Assembly (NCBI GenBank): GCA_041742355.1
Contig: JBGSIV010000057.1
Location: 1-27,657, forward strand
Source of the DNA: Candidatus Zixiibacteriota bacterium
GTDB lineage: Bacteria; Zixibacteria; MSB-5A5; GN15; FEB-12
Direction of reading: 5' to 3'
DNA length: 27,657 bases
Shown here: one piece after another, positions 1 to 8,247 of the stretch
How the letters are laid out: the number at the start of each line of letters is the position of its first letter
How positions within the stretch are numbered: position 1 is the stretch's first letter
Made by a program: the position numbers and the translations under genes
Notes under the pieces: model-generated
What the model saw: the letters and a program-made list of their open reading frames with translations, nothing else
The model's database searches: none
What the model was told of the DNA's origin: nothing

Positions 1-123
1 CTGCCAGAACACGAAACGAAAGACGACTTCATTCGTGTTCTGAATCGTCACGATCAGCGCCAGCAAAACGATCAGCCCGATCAGCACCAGCCTGACCTTT
101 CGCCCGCCGTTACCAGTCGCCAT
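1..123 (-). CDS. LapA/DUF1049-family small membrane protein (3' end outside window)
   Basis: Not in the ORF track. Manual translation from ATG at 123 gives MATGNGGRKVRLVLIGLIVLLALIVTIQNTNEVVFRFVFWQ: a TM helix followed by the QN..V.F.F.FW pattern typical of LapA. AAGGAGG SD at 130-136. Confidence 0.75.
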   Translation of the reverse strand, partial: MATGNGGRKVRLVLIGLIVLLALIVTIQNTNEVVFRFVFWQ

Positions 124-164
124 GCACCGCCTCCTTCCTCACAGCCCCCTGCAAACGCCCAGGC

Positions 165-689
165 TCAGTTTTCCTCGATCACTCCCCGCCGATTGCGGTC
201 GCCGCCGAAGTAGACGCCGAGGAGCATTCGAAACTCGGGGATATCACCGAACCCAAACCGCGCCTCGACATTGTAGGTGTTCGAACGCCCCATCGGAAGG
301 TGCAACCCGGCCGCCAGTGACATCCCGACTTCCGTATCGCTGTCAAAATCTTTGTGGTCGATCCAACTCAGCGTCGGACCGAGATCAACATAGAGCACCA
401 CTCCCGACTTGGGCAGCGGCACCAGATCCATCCGAAGGTCGGCGTTAAACGCTACCGTCGTGAAATTATCGCCAAAACCGGCGTCGACACTCGGCGCAAA
501 CCGGAACACTTTCGCAAACTGCCCCATCTCCGCCTGAGCCCCGATCACAAACTGGTCCGGATCTAGCCCAAACCCCGCCCGTACACCGTAGCTGCTTTTC
601 GGACCGTCGTCCTGCGCCCATCCTGCCACGTGCAATGTCAGCACTGCCGCCGCGAGTGTAATCGCTTTCAGTATTGATCGAATCACCAT
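165..689 (-). CDS. Outer-membrane beta-barrel protein with signal peptide
   Basis: Start moved to ATG 689 (AGGAG SD upstream). Signal peptide ends ...VAGWA/QD. Alternating beta-strand pattern (YGVRAGFG, YVDLGP, VEARFGFG, FRMLLGVYF). Confidence 0.75.
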   Translation of the reverse strand: MVIRSILKAITLAAAVLTLHVAGWAQDDGPKSSYGVRAGFGLDPDQFVIGAQAEMGQFAKVFRFAPSVDAGFGDNFTTVAFNADLRMDLVPLPKSGVVLYVDLGPTLSWIDHKDFDSDTEVGMSLAAGLHLPMGRSNTYNVEARFGFGDIPEFRMLLGVYFGGDRNRRGVIEEN

Positions 690-773
690 CTGTACTCCTT
701 TCGGTTGAGAGGTCTGTTCCAACATAGGACCATACGTCTTCGCGCACAAGTCCCATTGGTTCGGCGTCGGCCC

Positions 774-805
774 AAAAAACCCGGCGACCTGATGATCGCC
801 GGGTT
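774..805 (-). terminator. Intrinsic terminator after rpsA
   Basis: AACCCGGCGA / TCGCCGGGTT inverted repeat running into a T6 tract on the minus strand, just downstream of the rpsA stop. Confidence 0.8.
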
Positions 806-827
806 GAAAGATCCAATACAGGTCGTC

Positions 828-3023
828 TTACTCGGACTCTTTTTTGTCCTCGTTCGACCGCTCGGCGGCACGGCCAGCCGCTTCCGCGTTCGCCCGCTCC
901 ACCATCAGCGTCAGCGCTTCGGGCATGGCATCGGCCATGCTGGTGCTGGTCTCGACCGGCGGAAGCTGAGGGATCTCTTCCTCCTCCGGCTCAGGCTGCG
1001 GTTGGTAACGACGCGTCTCGCGCGGCATCGGCGCCGGCGCCGGAGCGGTTTCGGGCTCCGGCTCAAGGTGACGGCGCAGGTCCTCGGGAATTCCTTCGGC
1101 CCCTGCCTGCCCACCCACGACCGGATGCGCCAGGAGGAAGCCCTCCAATTCGCTGCGCTCCCGCTTCTTGTAGTACGCCGAAACCGACAGCACGATCTTG
1201 TGCTGGTTCCGATCGAACTCGATCACCTGAAGCGGGATCTGGTCGCCTTCTTTGAACACGCCGGTCGGATCGGTCAGATCCTTGCGGCCAAGTTGCGTGG
1301 ACGGCACGAAGCCCTCGACGGAACCGTCGAGGTCAACCACCACGCCCCGATCCAGCACGCGCTGGACGGTCCCGAGCACTTCCGCGCCCACGCCATACTT
1401 CTTGGCGATCTCGGGCCACGGATCATCCTCGAGCTGCTTGTAACCGAGCGAAATGCGACGGTTCTCGTGATCGATCTTCAGGATCTTCACGTCGACCCGG
1501 TCGCCCTTCTTCATGATCTCCGACGGATGCTGAATCCGCTTGGTCCACGACATGTCACTGATGTGCACCAGGCCGTCGATGCCTTCCTCGAGCTCGACAA
1601 ACGCCCCGAACGCGGTCAGATTGCGTACCTTGCCGGTCACAATCTTCCCCACCGGGTACTTCATCTCGATCGTGGTCCACGGATCCGGCTCCATCTGCTT
1701 GATGCCGAGAGAGATCTTCTCGTTTTCCTTGTCCACGGACAGCACGACCGCTTCGACCTCATCGCCGACATTCATGATCTTCGACGGGTGCTTGATGTGC
1801 TGCGTCCAGGACATCTCGGAAATGTGAATGAGGCCTTCAATCCCCTTCTCGAGCTCGACAAAGGCGCCGTAGTCCGTGATTGACACGACCCGGCCTTTGA
1901 CCTTGCGCCCGAGCGGGAACTTCTGCTCTATGTTCTCCCACGGATACGGCGTCATCTGCTTCAGACCGAGCGAGATGCGCGATGTCCGCTCATCGAAATC
2001 CAGAATCTTGACATCGATCTTGTCGCCCAGCGACACGAGCTCGCTGGGATGGCGAATCCGGCCCCACGACATATCGGTGATATGCAGCAGACCATCCACG
2101 CCGCCCAGGTCGATAAACACGCCGAAATCGGTGATGTTCTTCACGATTCCCTGGCGCACCTGGCCGACCGCGATTTCGTTGAGCAGGTGAGCCCGCATCT
2201 TCTCGCGCTCCTCTTCGAGCACGACCCGGCGGGACACCACGATATTGCGGCGCGACTTGTTGATCTTGATGATCTTGACATCCATCGAATCGCCGATCAG
2301 CGCGTCAAAGTCCGGCACCTGACGCAGCGCTACCTGTGATCCCGGCAGAAACGCGTCGACACCCATGATATCGACCACGAGCCCGCCCTTGATCCGGCGC
2401 GCCACGATACCCGAAATCTTCTCCCCGCTGTCGTGGACCTCGCGGATCTTTTCCCAGACCCGCATGAAATCCGCTTTTTGCTTGGAGAGAATCAGCTGGC
2501 CGTGCGAATCCTCGATCTGCTCGAGGAACACTTCGATCTCATCGCCCATCTTGACAGTGATCGGCTGCTGAAATTCGGCCATCGGGATGATACCCTCGGA
2601 CTTGAACCCGACGTCGACAATGACGTCGTCGCGGTTGATCCCGATCACCCGACCGGAAACAACTTCGCCCTCTTTGATCGACTTAATCGTACCATCGTAC
2701 ATGTCGACCATCTGCTGGTACTCTTCGGGGTCGTAGACGACACCCGCGACGTCGGTGATGCGGACCGCCTGAACGGTCGATTCATCGACTGCCCCGCCGT
2801 CGGTTACCTGGCGTTGCTGGGCTTTCTCAGCCACCCGGCGATGGCGACTGGTGATTACTCGCTCACGCTGCGCCGCATCTTCCTCGACCAATCCCGGGCG
2901 TACAAAATCAACACCCCCAGGTTTGGTCACCTTGGTTTTGATTCGCTGGGTCTTTCGAGTGGATTGCGTTTTGCGCTTGGAGAGCTTTTGGGCTGTGGTT
3001 TCGGACTGCTTGGCGTTTGCCAT
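828..3023 (-). CDS. rpsA: 30S ribosomal protein S1 with N- and C-terminal extensions
   Basis: Six S1 repeats (VDVGFKSEG, AFLPGSQV, TDFGVFIDLGGVDGLLHITDMSW, TDYGAFVELEKGIEGLIHISEMSW, TAFGAFVELEEGIDGLVHISDMSW, VEGFVPSTQL). Confidence 0.97.
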   Translation of the reverse strand: MANAKQSETTAQKLSKRKTQSTRKTQRIKTKVTKPGGVDFVRPGLVEEDAAQRERVITSRHRRVAEKAQQRQVTDGGAVDESTVQAVRITDVAGVVYDPEEYQQMVDMYDGTIKSIKEGEVVSGRVIGINRDDVIVDVGFKSEGIIPMAEFQQPITVKMGDEIEVFLEQIEDSHGQLILSKQKADFMRVWEKIREVHDSGEKISGIVARRIKGGLVVDIMGVDAFLPGSQVALRQVPDFDALIGDSMDVKIIKINKSRRNIVVSRRVVLEEEREKMRAHLLNEIAVGQVRQGIVKNITDFGVFIDLGGVDGLLHITDMSWGRIRHPSELVSLGDKIDVKILDFDERTSRISLGLKQMTPYPWENIEQKFPLGRKVKGRVVSITDYGAFVELEKGIEGLIHISEMSWTQHIKHPSKIMNVGDEVEAVVLSVDKENEKISLGIKQMEPDPWTTIEMKYPVGKIVTGKVRNLTAFGAFVELEEGIDGLVHISDMSWTKRIQHPSEIMKKGDRVDVKILKIDHENRRISLGYKQLEDDPWPEIAKKYGVGAEVLGTVQRVLDRGVVVDLDGSVEGFVPSTQLGRKDLTDPTGVFKEGDQIPLQVIEFDRNQHKIVLSVSAYYKKRERSELEGFLLAHPVVGGQAGAEGIPEDLRRHLEPEPETAPAPAPMPRETRRYQPQPEPEEEEIPQLPPVETSTSMADAMPEALTLMVERANAEAAGRAAERSNEDKKESE

Positions 3024-3131
3024 GTGTAGTGTTAAGAACCTCCTAACTCTGGTTCCGATAGCTTTGGATTTTCCGCGCGCGGAAGACCATCAGAACAATC
3101 GTCCCCCAGAGTGCTTCCGGGGGCGATCAGA

Positions 3132-3159
3132 TATATAACACATATCGTCACTTTTGCAA
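3132..3159 (-). promoter_or_regulatory. Putative sigma70 promoter for rpsA
   Basis: TTGCAA-N16-TATATA with a TG preceding the -10; imperfect -10. Confidence 0.4.
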
Positions 3160-3206
3160 GCGATTTCTGCCCCCCTTTGTTCCCTGTCGAGCGCTGTCTA
3201 TTCAAG

Positions 3207-3821
3207 CTATAAACCCGCCCCTCGCTTCAACTCACCGATCCGCTCCATCACTGCCGCTGCCATTGCAAGGTACCCCTCCTTGGACTTCGGGAACGACTCC
3301 ACCCACGATGGCGGCAGTGCTTCCCCGAATACGACCTGGAGTTTCTCCCGGCCCAGAAAGACATCCTTAAGCCTATTTGTTCCATGCACATACGCCGGGA
3401 TAATGGGGCACCGAGCGTTGCTCGCGATGAGCCCCAATCCCGGTTTCGGCTCCAGGAACGACTCCGTCTTCGACCGTGTTCCCTCGGGGAATACTGTAAG
3501 GCCGTACCCCTTGCGGATCGTCTCAATGGCCATTTTGAGCGCGTTACGGTCCACTGCCCCCCGTTTCACCGGCATCGCATTGGTCCGTGAAATTAACCAG
3601 CCCAGCACCGGCACCGCAAACAGCTCCGCCTTGGCGAAGAAGGCCATCTCCCGCCCGGTCGCACTCCCAATAAACGGCGGGTCGTAGTACGAGATGTGGT
3701 TAGTCGCGAGGATGAAGCCGCCGGTCTTCGGCACGTGCTCTTTGCCCGCGATCCGTTCCCGGAAGATGATGCGCGCCGTCGCCAGCGAAATGAAATATCC
3801 GGTCCAGTAGAGAATTTTCAT
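3207..3821 (-). CDS. plsC: 1-acyl-sn-glycerol-3-phosphate acyltransferase (lysophospholipid acyltransferase)
   Basis: NHISYYD (HX4D), FFAKAELF and FPEGTRS motifs. Start moved to ATG 3821 because a promoter lies within the longer ORF. Confidence 0.92.
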   Translation of the reverse strand: MKILYWTGYFISLATARIIFRERIAGKEHVPKTGGFILATNHISYYDPPFIGSATGREMAFFAKAELFAVPVLGWLISRTNAMPVKRGAVDRNALKMAIETIRKGYGLTVFPEGTRSKTESFLEPKPGLGLIASNARCPIIPAYVHGTNRLKDVFLGREKLQVVFGEALPPSWVESFPKSKEGYLAMAAAVMERIGELKRGAGL

Positions 3822-3852
3822 GTTCGTAACCAGTACCCCGAAGTTCTCAGAA

Positions 3853-3881
3853 ATGGTACAGCCAACCGTGGCGGTTGGCAA
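3853..3881 (-). promoter_or_regulatory. Putative sigma70 promoter for plsC
   Basis: TTGCCA-N17-TACCAT, 31 nt upstream of ATG 3821. Confidence 0.55.
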
Positions 3882-3918
3882 CTAAAAGGCGGTGGGCTGC
3901 TTACCGATGCCTTCGGAC

Positions 3919-3953
3919 AAAAAAACCGGGCGCCCCATCTTGAGGCACCCGGT
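3919..3953 (-). terminator. Intrinsic terminator after the lipoprotein gene
   Basis: Minus strand ACCGGGTGCCTC-AAGAT-GGGGCGCCCGGT hairpin (with G-U pairs) followed by a T run. Confidence 0.8.
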
Positions 3954-3979
3954 CAAATACACCTTCGGGCTGCGACGGC

Positions 3980-5056
3980 TCAGTCTTCAGCGGGAACCAC
4001 CACATCTGTCGTGTTCGGGCAGTCGACCCGCCACGCACCTCGCAGCGGCATCACCCGCGCCTCCGGGGCCAGCCCGTAGTCTCCGAACACGCCGCGGAAC
4101 CCGCCGTGCAGCCCCGGCCACGAGGAGGCACTATTCCACTCCACTCTCCCGCGGAACCAACCGTGCCCCTGCCCGCAGGTCACGCACATCCGGTAATCAT
4201 CGTAGGCCCACACACCCTTGACCTCGCCCAGCACCACCGTCAGCATAACGCCGCTGATGCTTCCCTCGAAAACGCGGTCTCCGTTATCAAGGGTTCGGTA
4301 CTGAGCCGTCATCATGCCGACTGGTTCGCCGTTACGATCCAGCCACAGGCCGCTGAAATACCCGGAATCACCGGTGTTGTTCACCCGCGCCCACTCCCCT
4401 TTGATGAATCCTCCCGGACACGTCGTGCGCCAGATCTGCCGCGACAGCACCGCCACGGCCTTGTTGTCACCGATAGTGAAGAACTGCGCGAAATCCTTCA
4501 GGTCACTCCGACTCATATCGAGCGAAAATGGCGCTGTGGTGAACCGTACGAATGGCGCCGTCACATCGGTGTTCGTTTTCTCGATGAACACGAGGAAGGC
4601 TAGCCCGTCGATGTCCCGGTTCGTGAGCGACACCCAATGCACCAGGTGTCGGCTGTCTACCGGAATCAGCGAGTCCTGCCCTCGCTCGAAGTCGATCACC
4701 CCCCGGACATCGACAAGCCCAGGGCCGCTTTCCAGGCTCAGCGTCCCGGCCCAATCAGTGCTCGACACGCTCGCCCCCAATTGGCCGTAAACATCTCCCC
4801 ATGCGATCGTCACGGCAAAAACGTCATAGTTCTCCCATGCCGCTGCGGCCAGATCGTCGTCGAATCCCAACCTCACCCCTGACAGATCGATATCGGTTTC
4901 ATCTGCGGCATTCTCTTCCAGAAGGGCCCGCGTCTCCACAGGCATCTGCCCCGTGCTGACAGCTTCCTTTTCCGCCACTGTGGGCGACGACGTATCGCTG
5001 TCACATCCCGCCAGAAGCAGCGCCGCCAGTCCGACCAGAACCAACATCTTTCGCAT
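3980..5056 (-). CDS. Hypothetical lipoprotein
   Basis: MRKMLVLVGLAALLLAGC lipobox. Beta-rich, Gly/Trp-rich mature part with a CVTC motif. GGGAG SD upstream. Confidence 0.8.
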   Translation of the reverse strand: MRKMLVLVGLAALLLAGCDSDTSSPTVAEKEAVSTGQMPVETRALLEENAADETDIDLSGVRLGFDDDLAAAAWENYDVFAVTIAWGDVYGQLGASVSSTDWAGTLSLESGPGLVDVRGVIDFERGQDSLIPVDSRHLVHWVSLTNRDIDGLAFLVFIEKTNTDVTAPFVRFTTAPFSLDMSRSDLKDFAQFFTIGDNKAVAVLSRQIWRTTCPGGFIKGEWARVNNTGDSGYFSGLWLDRNGEPVGMMTAQYRTLDNGDRVFEGSISGVMLTVVLGEVKGVWAYDDYRMCVTCGQGHGWFRGRVEWNSASSWPGLHGGFRGVFGDYGLAPEARVMPLRGAWRVDCPNTTDVVVPAED

Positions 5057-5488
5057 CGCTGTTCTCCCTGATACCGTGAGCTTCCCAATTGCTGCCGACT
5101 TGCAATTCTATCGTCACGAAAACGTCGGATTATTAGAGCGTGAAATGACTTTCCCGACCCGGCGGAGTACTTCTCTTCCTGCCCTCCGCATACTCAAATT
5201 ATACCCCTGAACGGGTGAAAGCAAGCTGGAAGTTGGAGGGGGTTCACCCCGGTCACATCCCGACACGATGGCCGCCGAAAGGATGGTTTCATCCCAACCG
5301 CCCCCTTATCGGCTCCCGGCCCTGTCAATGTCGGAACGCCCTCCAGGTATGGGGGCAGTTCTACCCTTGCGGGGCAGGTGTGAGGAGTGCTGCTATGATG
5401 AACGGTTGGGAGAACGCACCGGCGCGGTTGGCCGTCATGCGACAGGTCCACTGACTGGAAGAGGTCTGCCCCGGAAAGTCGCCAAGCT

Positions 5489-6577
5489 CTACGCCAGAGC
5501 CGACAATTCGGCCGACGCCTCGCGGAACTCGGCCTGCAGCGATGCCATCAGTTCCCGAACCGAGACGATCTCGGTGACCCGGTATGCGTTCGCGCCCGCA
5601 AACGCAAAGCCGCCCTTGAACCGCCCCCGCTGGGCGCTGATCAACGCGTGGGCAATGCAATATGGCGAGTTTTTGAAATCACAGCTGACAATGCAGTGGT
5701 AGGGGCAGGTGTAGGGCGTCTTGATGCCCGCCTCGACATCGTCGAGGTACTTGTTCCGGATCGCCCGACCCGGCATACCGACCGGGCTGTCGATGATGAT
5801 CATGTCCTCAGGGCCGGCGTTGATGTACGACTCCTTGAAGGCCAGGGCGGCATCGCATTCGTGCGTGGCGACAAATCGCGTGCCCATCTGCACTCCATCG
5901 GCACCCATGCGGAAGAACCTCTTGATATCCGCCCCGGTGTAGATACCGCCGGCCGCGATCACCGGAATTTTCTTCCCGTATTTGGCCGCATACTCGCCGA
6001 CCTCATTTATCACCGCCGGAACCAGGTGTTCCAAAGCGTAGGCCTCGTCGAATATCCGGGCCTTGGAGAATCCGATATGCCCTCCCGCTTTCGGCCCCTC
6101 AACAACGACAGCGTCGGGAAGGCAATCATACTTATGCAGCCAGCGTTTGCAGATGAGCGCGGCCGCCCGGCCCGAGGAGACAATCGGCACCGCGCGGGTT
6201 CGTCCGTCGCGGGGAAGGAACTCCGGCAAGTTCAAGGGAAGGCCCGCGCCCGAAAAGATGATGTCGACTTCCTCTTCGACCGCCGTTTTCACCACCTGGT
6301 CGAAGTACGATAACGCGACCATGACATTGAGTCCGACAATACCTGACGTCAGCTCTTTAGCTTTTCTGATCTCACGCCGGAGCGCGCGCACGTTGGCCTC
6401 GAGGTAGCTGGTATAGAAGTCCGGCTCGTTCATGCCGATTCCCGCGGCGGCGATGATGCCGATCCCACCCTCGTTCGCCACAGCCGAGGCCAGGCCTGAG
6501 AGAGATATACCGACACCCATACCACCTTGTACAATGGGTATGCGGGCTGTGTGAGGTCCGATCTTCAGCGGTTGCAT
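5489..6577 (-). CDS. Nitronate monooxygenase/FabK-family FMN enzyme, FabX-like subtype with Cys cluster
   Basis: PIVQGGMGVGIS, EGPKAGGH, VIAAGGI and GVQMGTRF motifs; C-terminal CPYHCIVSC...YC. Confidence 0.9.
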   Translation of the reverse strand: MQPLKIGPHTARIPIVQGGMGVGISLSGLASAVANEGGIGIIAAAGIGMNEPDFYTSYLEANVRALRREIRKAKELTSGIVGLNVMVALSYFDQVVKTAVEEEVDIIFSGAGLPLNLPEFLPRDGRTRAVPIVSSGRAAALICKRWLHKYDCLPDAVVVEGPKAGGHIGFSKARIFDEAYALEHLVPAVINEVGEYAAKYGKKIPVIAAGGIYTGADIKRFFRMGADGVQMGTRFVATHECDAALAFKESYINAGPEDMIIIDSPVGMPGRAIRNKYLDDVEAGIKTPYTCPYHCIVSCDFKNSPYCIAHALISAQRGRFKGGFAFAGANAYRVTEIVSVRELMASLQAEFREASAELSALA

Positions 6578-6697
6578 AAGCTGCCGTTCTCCAGAGCTAC
6601 CGAGTCTTACCCGCTCATCAGCGGGATTGGCTGGACTGACAGGATTTTCACTCCGACACAGGGGGCCATCGGAAGACTGCCGTTAGGGGCTTTACCT

Positions 6698-6727
6698 AAT
6701 ATAATGGATTGTTGTGGGCCGGGACAA
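6698..6727 (-). promoter_or_regulatory. Putative sigma70 promoter for the FabX/NMO gene
   Basis: TTGTCC-N18-TATATT, downstream of the preceding terminator. Confidence 0.45.
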
Positions 6728-6756
6728 GTCCCAAAATGGGAATCCCGGGCGCAGCC

Positions 6757-6785
6757 AAGAAAAAGGCGGTGCCTCACGCACCGCC
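6757..6785 (-). terminator. Intrinsic terminator after the PspC/LiaF-like pair
   Basis: Minus strand GGCGGTGC-GTGAG-GCACCGCC followed by TTTTTCTT. Confidence 0.8.
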
Positions 6786-6810
6786 CCATCACATCCCTGT
6801 GATCTTCTCA

Positions 6811-7710
6811 TCAGAAGAAGTCGATCGAGAAAGAACTCAACCGGTCGTCCAGCCTGACCTCGATCTTGCTTGGCAGGGTGTCAAATCCCTCAGTCGCAAA
6901 GCCCTCCCCCGCCTCGAGAAGACCCATCGTGCCGAGGTAGCCGCGGTACTCCTCTCCGAATACCTTCAGGCCGATCGTCTTGGGCACGCGCAGCCGAAGC
7001 TCCGTGTCCTGCCCGAAGATCGACACCCGCAATTCCGGCTCCAGATCCCCTATCTTAAGGTAGACCTTGGATTCGTCGGCATCGACCTTGAGCGCCCGGA
7101 GAGGTGTTGTCGACATGTTCAGATGCATGTCGCTCCGGTACCCAGAGCAGTTCATCTCCAGCGGCGTCGACCCGGAGAACCGCAGGAACCAGTCCTGCCC
7201 ATCGTCGGTCTCGATCTTAACCGCTCCGCCGAGGAGCCCGCCGCCGCGGCTGGCCATCTCTACCCGCCCCTCGCCATCAGCCGCAGAGAAGTCAATTTCG
7301 GGTTTGCGCGTGAACTTATCGAATTTGGCGTACACCAGGTCATCGCCCGAGTCGCGGATGGTCAGATCGGTTTCATCCAGATCAAGTTCGGCCCGCAGGA
7401 GCCGCACGGCAGGGTCGTTCGCCTGCATGTAGGTCGTGCTTGAGAAGAAGCTCGTCTCATCCCCGCCGTGGCTGCTTGAAAACGCAATAGCCAGTCCTCC
7501 CACAAACAACGCCACCGAGGTCAGGTAGCTGATCGCCCGCAGCCGCGTCCGCGAAAAAATCTTCTCGATCCCGACCGCGATCAGCACAACCGGGAAGAGG
7601 ATAGCCAGGTCGATCCACATGTTGTCATTGAGGACGTCGAAATTTCGCAACAGCAGCAGCGTCCCCACGAGAACGAGGAACAGTCCCCAACGAAAGCGCG
7701 CCGGTGTCAT
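6811..7710 (-). CDS. LiaF-like / DUF5668 membrane protein with extracytoplasmic beta-repeat (toast-rack-like) domain
   Basis: N-terminal WGLFLVLVGTLLLLRNF...LFPVVLIAVGIEKIF TM hairpin, then repeated short beta strands. ATGA overlap with the PspC gene. Confidence 0.7.
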   Translation of the reverse strand: MTPARFRWGLFLVLVGTLLLLRNFDVLNDNMWIDLAILFPVVLIAVGIEKIFSRTRLRAISYLTSVALFVGGLAIAFSSSHGGDETSFFSSTTYMQANDPAVRLLRAELDLDETDLTIRDSGDDLVYAKFDKFTRKPEIDFSAADGEGRVEMASRGGGLLGGAVKIETDDGQDWFLRFSGSTPLEMNCSGYRSDMHLNMSTTPLRALKVDADESKVYLKIGDLEPELRVSIFGQDTELRLRVPKTIGLKVFGEEYRGYLGTMGLLEAGEGFATEGFDTLPSKIEVRLDDRLSSFSIDFF

Positions 7711-8165
7711 GATACGGTCCCTCCGTTTCTCGCCTGTGATTCCCGATGTGTTTCATCCGCCGGGTGGACGCTCTCGGGCTGGTTGCGTCGCCGCAGCAGA
7801 AGGAATAACCCCACTACGACCAGGAGCGCCGGCCACCACTCGTGGAAATCGAACCAGAACCAGTGCTCCCGCACCAGCAGGATCGCCCCGATAAATATCA
7901 GAATCAGCCCCGGCAGGTAGCGCGTCCACGACGAGTACTCCCGCTGCGGCGGCACTTCCACCGTCGCGCCCTCGATCGGGCGCCGCGGAATGATGATCCA
8001 CCCGGCGACATACGCCACCAGGGCGAACCCCTGCGAGGCCAGAAACAGCACCACGGCGATCACCCGGACCAGGTTCGGGTCTACCGCGAAGTACTCACCC
8101 AGGCCGCCGCAGACGCCGCCGATGACTTTGCTCTCTGAGGAGCGGTACAGTCTGGTGTAGTTCAT
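7707..8165 (-). CDS. PspC-domain protein with C-terminal DUF5668/LiaI-like TM region
   Basis: RLYRSSESKVIGGVCGGLGEYFAVDPNLVR...AYVAGWIIIP PspC signature; WWPALLVVVG. Start at ATG 8165 after an AAAGGAG SD. Confidence 0.9.
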   Translation of the reverse strand: MNYTRLYRSSESKVIGGVCGGLGEYFAVDPNLVRVIAVVLFLASQGFALVAYVAGWIIIPRRPIEGATVEVPPQREYSSWTRYLPGLILIFIGAILLVREHWFWFDFHEWWPALLVVVGLFLLLRRRNQPESVHPADETHRESQARNGGTVS

Positions 8166-8206
8166 AGTCAGCTCTCCTTTCAGCCGGTGCCCCACCGGCT
8201 CCGGAG

Positions 8207-8237
8207 ATTATATACGAGGTCCGCGCGGAAAAGTTGT
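8207..8237 (-). promoter_or_regulatory. SigW-type ECF promoter with an adjacent TATAAT, upstream of the PspC gene
   Basis: Minus strand ACAAC-N16-CGTA (8237-8213), immediately followed by TATAAT (8212-8207). Confidence 0.6.
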
Positions 8238-8247
8238 TGTGATCGAC

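Noticed and set aside
5200..5488. Cobalamin riboswitch, tmRNA, SRP, 6S or RNase P RNA
   Set aside because: Only fragmentary resemblance (CCACTG...GGAAG...CTGCC); the conserved cores and termini of these RNAs are absent.
6600..6680. Hammerhead ribozyme or fluoride riboswitch (CTGATGA, GAAA and GATGG present on the minus strand)
   Set aside because: The required flanking helices are missing; CTGATGAG is the top of a simple hairpin.
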